64,000 bases of DNA from Vicinamibacteria bacterium (GTDB lineage: Bacteria; Acidobacteriota; Vicinamibacteria; Marinacidobacterales; Marinacidobacteraceae), in contig OZ219815.1 in assembly GCA_964291235.2 (NCBI GenBank), forward strand, positions 96,001 to 160,000, given 5' to 3'. Positions 59,795 to 64,000 of the stretch are shown here, piece by piece. Position 1 is the stretch's first letter; each line of letters begins with the position of its first letter. The translations under genes and the position numbers were made by a program. Under the pieces are notes generated by a model that saw nothing but the letters and a program-made list of their open reading frames with translations, was not told the DNA's origin and searched no databases.

Positions 59795-60847
59795 GTGCCG
59801 GGACTGGGAACCCGCCCTTCGCGGACCCGTTTCTGCATCCGGGGCGCGGTCGCGGCGGTCCTGGTCGCCGCTGCCGGGCTCGCCTCGTTCTCCTGCCGTC
59901 AGGCCGGCCAAGCGCGCCTGATCACTGTGTACGTGCCGGACATCGCGGTGTCCTTGCCCCTTCCGCAGGGGTGGACCTCCGCCACGAACCAGCAGGGCGG
60001 CTACCGGATGACCACGTTCACCGGACCCTCCGTGGATGTCCCGGAGCGTGACGGAATCCAGGTTCAGGTCATGGCCGGTCCGGCGCCGCCGGGGCAGACG
60101 CTGCGGGAGGTCGCGGAACGCTTCTACATCGGCGAACAGATCGTCCTCTCCGAGGAGCCATTCCAGTTCGGTGCCGAAGAGGGTTTCATCTGGACGTTTG
60201 AATGGGAACGGCGACCGCAAGCCGGCCGCCTGCTGCTGATCGAAAGAGAAGGACTCCTCTACGGAGTGTTCGCCACCGGAGAGGCGCGGAGCGTCCTCGC
60301 CTACGGATCCACGCTGGACCGCATGTACGAGGGGTTCTCGATCGAGTCGGCGGATTACTTCGACGCTTACGAGGATCCTGACCTCGATCTCACGCTGCTC
60401 TACCCCCAGAGCTGGACCCGTTCTCACTTCCTGCGGGAGCCGGGCGAGACGCTGTTTGTCGGTTTCCGGAGCGGCCCGCTGGCGGTGGATGACGACGGCA
60501 CTACCGTGCACGCGACCCTCGAAGTCACGGTAAGCAATGCCGAGCCGGGAGTGACGCTCGAGGGCTTTTACAGCGCCGCCGCCGAGAGCCTTGGCGAGAA
60601 CTACCGAATGCTCCGGCACGACATTCTCGAGGACGGGCGCGGAATCGCGGTGCTCTATTCGGTCGAAACCCAGCTCGCCGACTACCTGGAGTGGGTCATC
60701 TACAACCTGGTGGACGGCAGGACCTACCTCTACCGGTTCCACTGCCGCAACGGCATCTATCGCGCGATCCAGCCCTGGCTGACCGAGATCGCCACCCAGT
60801 TCGTAAGCAGCGAGCGGGATCTGAACTCCGCCGGGCCGGACGACTAG
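59795..60847 (+). CDS. Hypothetical exported protein with two PsbP/DcrB-like domains
   Basis: Hydrophobic N-terminus with FSC; two similar halves starting SLPLPQGW and TLLYPQSW. Confidence 0.6.
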   Translation: MPGLGTRPSRTRFCIRGAVAAVLVAAAGLASFSCRQAGQARLITVYVPDIAVSLPLPQGWTSATNQQGGYRMTTFTGPSVDVPERDGIQVQVMAGPAPPGQTLREVAERFYIGEQIVLSEEPFQFGAEEGFIWTFEWERRPQAGRLLLIEREGLLYGVFATGEARSVLAYGSTLDRMYEGFSIESADYFDAYEDPDLDLTLLYPQSWTRSHFLREPGETLFVGFRSGPLAVDDDGTTVHATLEVTVSNAEPGVTLEGFYSAAAESLGENYRMLRHDILEDGRGIAVLYSVETQLADYLEWVIYNLVDGRTYLYRFHCRNGIYRAIQPWLTEIATQFVSSERDLNSAGPDD

Positions 60848-60868
60848 GATTCCTCACCGGAAGGCCTC

Positions 60869-63208
60869 TTGACGGTGCGGATTCAGCGCGCTGGCGCGTT
60901 CGTCCTCGCGGTGCTGAGCGCCGGCGCCACCGGCGCGGCCCAGGACGATCGGGACCGAGCGCCAGGCGATCCGCGCCAGAGCGGAATCGCGGCGAGTCGC
61001 TCGTCGGCCATCCTGCGGCTGCCCGCTCCCCCCGCCACTTCGCCGAGCGCCGCCGAACTCCGCCGCATGACCCGGGAGGAGCGGGTGCGGGCGCTCAAGG
61101 CCAGAACCTGGGAACTCCACGCCGAACGCGTGCAGGAACCCATCGAGGTTGACGGCTGGCTGGACGAAGCCGCCTGGGAGCGCGCGCGGCCGATCGGGGA
61201 CTTCTACGAGCAGGAGACCGACGAAGGCCTGCCCTCTACCGAAAGGACCATCGTGCGGGTCGTCTATGACGACGAGAACCTCTACTTCGGGTTCTTCTGC
61301 ACCCTGGGCGAGAACGCCGACGACGGGCACCAGACGTCGCACACCCGGCGCACCGCCGGCGAAGGCCGACCGCGCACCATGTTCCGCGACGAGAACATCG
61401 GCAGCGACGATGCCATCGGCATCATGCTGGACGCCTACAACGATCAGCGGAGCGCCATCTTCCTGGCCACCAACGCGAACGGGATCCTGTTCGACATGAG
61501 CCAGAACGGCCAGGGCTCCGAGACCAGGAACATCAACTGGGACATGGTCTGGGAGTCACGCGGACAGACCGTTCCCGGCGGCTGGACCGCGGAGGTACGG
61601 ATCCCCTTCAAATCCCTCCGCTTCCGGCGGCACCTGCCGGGACAGGAGGTGGTGTTCGGAGTCGGTTTCAAGCGGAACATCCCGCTCAAGACCGAGGAGG
61701 TGTACTGGCCGTTCGTCTCCAACGACTCGACCTGGTACCGGCCCGCGGAACTCGGCAAACTGCGCGGCCTCGAGGGCATCCAGCCCGGCCGCAACGTGGA
61801 GATCCGTCCCTACGCGCTCGGCCAGGTCAACGGGGGCGGCGAATGGACGGGCGAGCAGGGTCACGCCGACGGCGGCCTCGACGTGAAGTGGGGCGTCACC
61901 CCGGGTCTGACCGCGGATTTCACCTGGAACACCGACTTCGCGCAGGAGGAGGTGGACGATCTCCAGATCAACTTCACCCGTTTCTCGTTGCGGTTTCCCG
62001 AGAAACGGCAGATTTTCCTGGAAGGCCAGCGGAATTTCACCTTCGGCGAACGCCGGGACGCCGACATCGTCTTCACCCGGAGGATCGGCCTCTCGGATGA
62101 CGGCCACGCAGTTCCGATTCTGGGCGGTGGACGGCTCTCCGGACGGCAGGGCGCTTACACCGTGGGTCTCATGGGGATGGCGACCGCCGCCACCGAAAGC
62201 GCGGTCGGCGAGCGCTTCAGCGTCGCCCGGGTGCGGCGCGACGTCTTCTCGCGTTCCACGGTCGGGGCCGTGTTCACCGACCGGAGCAGCGACGGCGCCT
62301 TCAACCGGGTCGCGGGGCTGGACACCAACCTGCACTTCCGCGACGCCTGGAGTTTCGAGGGAGTCTGGGCCCGGGTGTTCGAGGAGACCGAGCAAAGCAG
62401 CACCGGCCTCGCCGCCGGGCGGTTGATGTACGACGACGACCTGCTCGGGGCGACGGTGAAGTTCATCGAGATCGGTGAGAACTTCCATCCCGGAATCGGT
62501 TTCGTGCAGCGCACCGGGATGCGCAAGACCTTCCTCCAGGCGCGGGTTTCGCCCCGACCGAACGTCCCGTTGATCCGGCAATTCCATCTGCAGGCCAACC
62601 TGAACAACACCCTGAACCTCGAGAACGTGCTGGAGACGCGCCGGGGCACGATGACCGGCCGCGCCACCTTCGAGAGCGGCGACGAAGTCTCCGTCGAGCT
62701 TACGGATCAGTACGAATTCACTACCTACGACTACTCGATCAGCGGGGTGGTGATTCCAGCGGGCGAGTATCCCTTCCGGCGGGCTCAGGTTTCCCTGACG
62801 ACCTACCGCCGCCGTTACGCCTCGGTGCGCGCCGGCTACGAGTTCGGAGGTTTCTGGGGCGGAACGCGCGACCTGTGGACGGTCGGGACGAACTACCGGA
62901 TCAACAAGAACTTCGGGCTGCGCGGCAACTACGCCTACAACCGGATTCGGTTGCCCGGGGGCGATCTGGACACCCACCTGGTTTCCACCCGGATGCAACT
63001 CGCCTTCCGGAACGACCTCATCCTGCTCGGCCTCTTCCAGTACAACAACACGACCGGCGACCTCGCCTCGAATATCCGTTTCAACTGGATCCCCAAGCCC
63101 GGCACCGATTTCTTCCTCGTCTATACCGAACTCGACGAGTGGTCGGAGCTGTTCTTCGTCAAGAACCGCAGCCTCTCCGTCAAGCTGAACTACCTCTTTC
63201 GAATCTAG
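60869..63208 (+). CDS. CBM9-like sugar-binding plus DUF5916 outer-membrane protein
   Basis: IEVDGWLDEAAW, YDDENLY, WTAEVRIPFKSLRF, NTDFAQ, FPEKRQIFLEG, terminal KLNYLFRI. Confidence 0.85.
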   Translation: MTVRIQRAGAFVLAVLSAGATGAAQDDRDRAPGDPRQSGIAASRSSAILRLPAPPATSPSAAELRRMTREERVRALKARTWELHAERVQEPIEVDGWLDEAAWERARPIGDFYEQETDEGLPSTERTIVRVVYDDENLYFGFFCTLGENADDGHQTSHTRRTAGEGRPRTMFRDENIGSDDAIGIMLDAYNDQRSAIFLATNANGILFDMSQNGQGSETRNINWDMVWESRGQTVPGGWTAEVRIPFKSLRFRRHLPGQEVVFGVGFKRNIPLKTEEVYWPFVSNDSTWYRPAELGKLRGLEGIQPGRNVEIRPYALGQVNGGGEWTGEQGHADGGLDVKWGVTPGLTADFTWNTDFAQEEVDDLQINFTRFSLRFPEKRQIFLEGQRNFTFGERRDADIVFTRRIGLSDDGHAVPILGGGRLSGRQGAYTVGLMGMATAATESAVGERFSVARVRRDVFSRSTVGAVFTDRSSDGAFNRVAGLDTNLHFRDAWSFEGVWARVFEETEQSSTGLAAGRLMYDDDLLGATVKFIEIGENFHPGIGFVQRTGMRKTFLQARVSPRPNVPLIRQFHLQANLNNTLNLENVLETRRGTMTGRATFESGDEVSVELTDQYEFTTYDYSISGVVIPAGEYPFRRAQVSLTTYRRRYASVRAGYEFGGFWGGTRDLWTVGTNYRINKNFGLRGNYAYNRIRLPGGDLDTHLVSTRMQLAFRNDLILLGLFQYNNTTGDLASNIRFNWIPKPGTDFFLVYTELDEWSELFFVKNRSLSVKLNYLFRI

Positions 63209-63595
63209 GAGCGCCAGGAGCGCCGGCCTCCGGCCGGCATCGCGGCCGCAGGCCGCGTAACTCCCAGACTCAGTCAGCCCCGATGGCGGCAACCCAAGCG
63301 AGGACGGCGCACCGCTCCACCGCCGCCTGAGTAGCACTGCGCCACGGTGCGGGGCCGCGGCGTCACCCTGAACGAACAGGTCTCGGAGTTTCGCTCCGCT
63401 ACGCGTCGCGATGCCAGCCGGAGGCTGGCGCTCCTACTCCTTGATGACCGCGGCCTAAACGAGGACGGCGCACCGCTCCACCGCCGCCTGAGTAGCACTG
63501 CGCCACGGTGCGGGGCTGCGGCGCCACCCTGAACAAACAGGTCTCGGAGTTTCGCTCCGCTACGCGTCGCGATGCCGGCCGGAGGCCGGCGCTCC
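63208..63595. repeat. Diverged REPIN-like element with a 161-bp partial duplication
   Basis: REP at about 63217, inverted REPs at about 63408 and 63569; GAGGACGGCGCACCGCTCCA at 63300 and 63461; the inner part resembles the reverse complement of the 54.4 kb unit. Confidence 0.85.
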
Positions 63596-63698
63596 TCGCG
63601 CGTTGGCAACGAAATTGCAAGGACGTGACATCGCTTTACACCCGGACCTCCGGGTCCGGACGTGCGCCTCGCCTCACGATCCCGACGGAGGATTCTCC

Positions 63699-64000
63699 AT
63701 GCAGAAGAAGCTGCCAGCGCTTCGCGAAGTTTGCTCGCCGCCGGGCAGAAAGGCCCTGGCTCTCGCGGTCCTCGCCGCGCTTGGCGCCGTGGCCGCGACT
63801 CCCGTCCCGGCCGGCGCCGCACCCGGTCAGGATGCCCGCGTCATGGTGGACGCCCTTGTCCTCGACCGAGCCGGGAATCCCGTGCCCGGACTGGACATCA
63901 GCGACTTCGAGGTCATCATCGGAGATCGAGTCGGTCGGGTCACCGCCACCCGCACCGTGGCCGCCAATCGAGAGACGCGCCGCTTCGTCTTCGTCCTCAA
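63699..64000 (+). CDS. N-terminus of an exported VWA-related (Acidobacterial-type) protein, truncated by the window end
   Basis: GGAGG RBS, signal peptide, VMVDALVLDRAGNPVPGLDISDFEV...RRFVFVL. Confidence 0.7.
   Translation, partial: MQKKLPALREVCSPPGRKALALAVLAALGAVAATPVPAGAAPGQDARVMVDALVLDRAGNPVPGLDISDFEVIIGDRVGRVTATRTVAANRETRRFVFVL

Overview
High-GC bacterial chromosomal window, most likely Acidobacteriota (inferred from a carboxypeptidase-regulatory/TPR exported protein, a truncated Acidobacterial-type VWA protein and many secreted peptidases). About 57 CDS: housekeeping genes (glnS, gltX, mnmA, CCA enzyme, RNase D, secA, guaB), sulfur/methionine genes (soxCD-like pair, msrB-TauE-metX-metY), a MoxR-DUF58-VWA operon, a ccdA/cytochrome c/TlpA cluster and transporters. 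No rRNA, tRNA, CRISPR or transposase was recognised. Notable signals: (1) an ArsC-like gene missed by the ORF track, with an in-frame TGA in a U-x-x-C motif and a SECIS-like hairpin; (2) a GTAG-type REP/REPIN family with tandem arrays, including five ~188-bp units upstream of secA; (3) a TA-flanked MITE family with deleted copies and remnants; (4) an uncharacterised membrane coiled-coil plus vWA-like lipoprotein pair between REP copies; (5) a homopolymer frameshift in an NhaC-family gene; (6) motif deviations in GluRS and the CCA enzyme. All family calls come from motif recognition by eye; no database searches were run.
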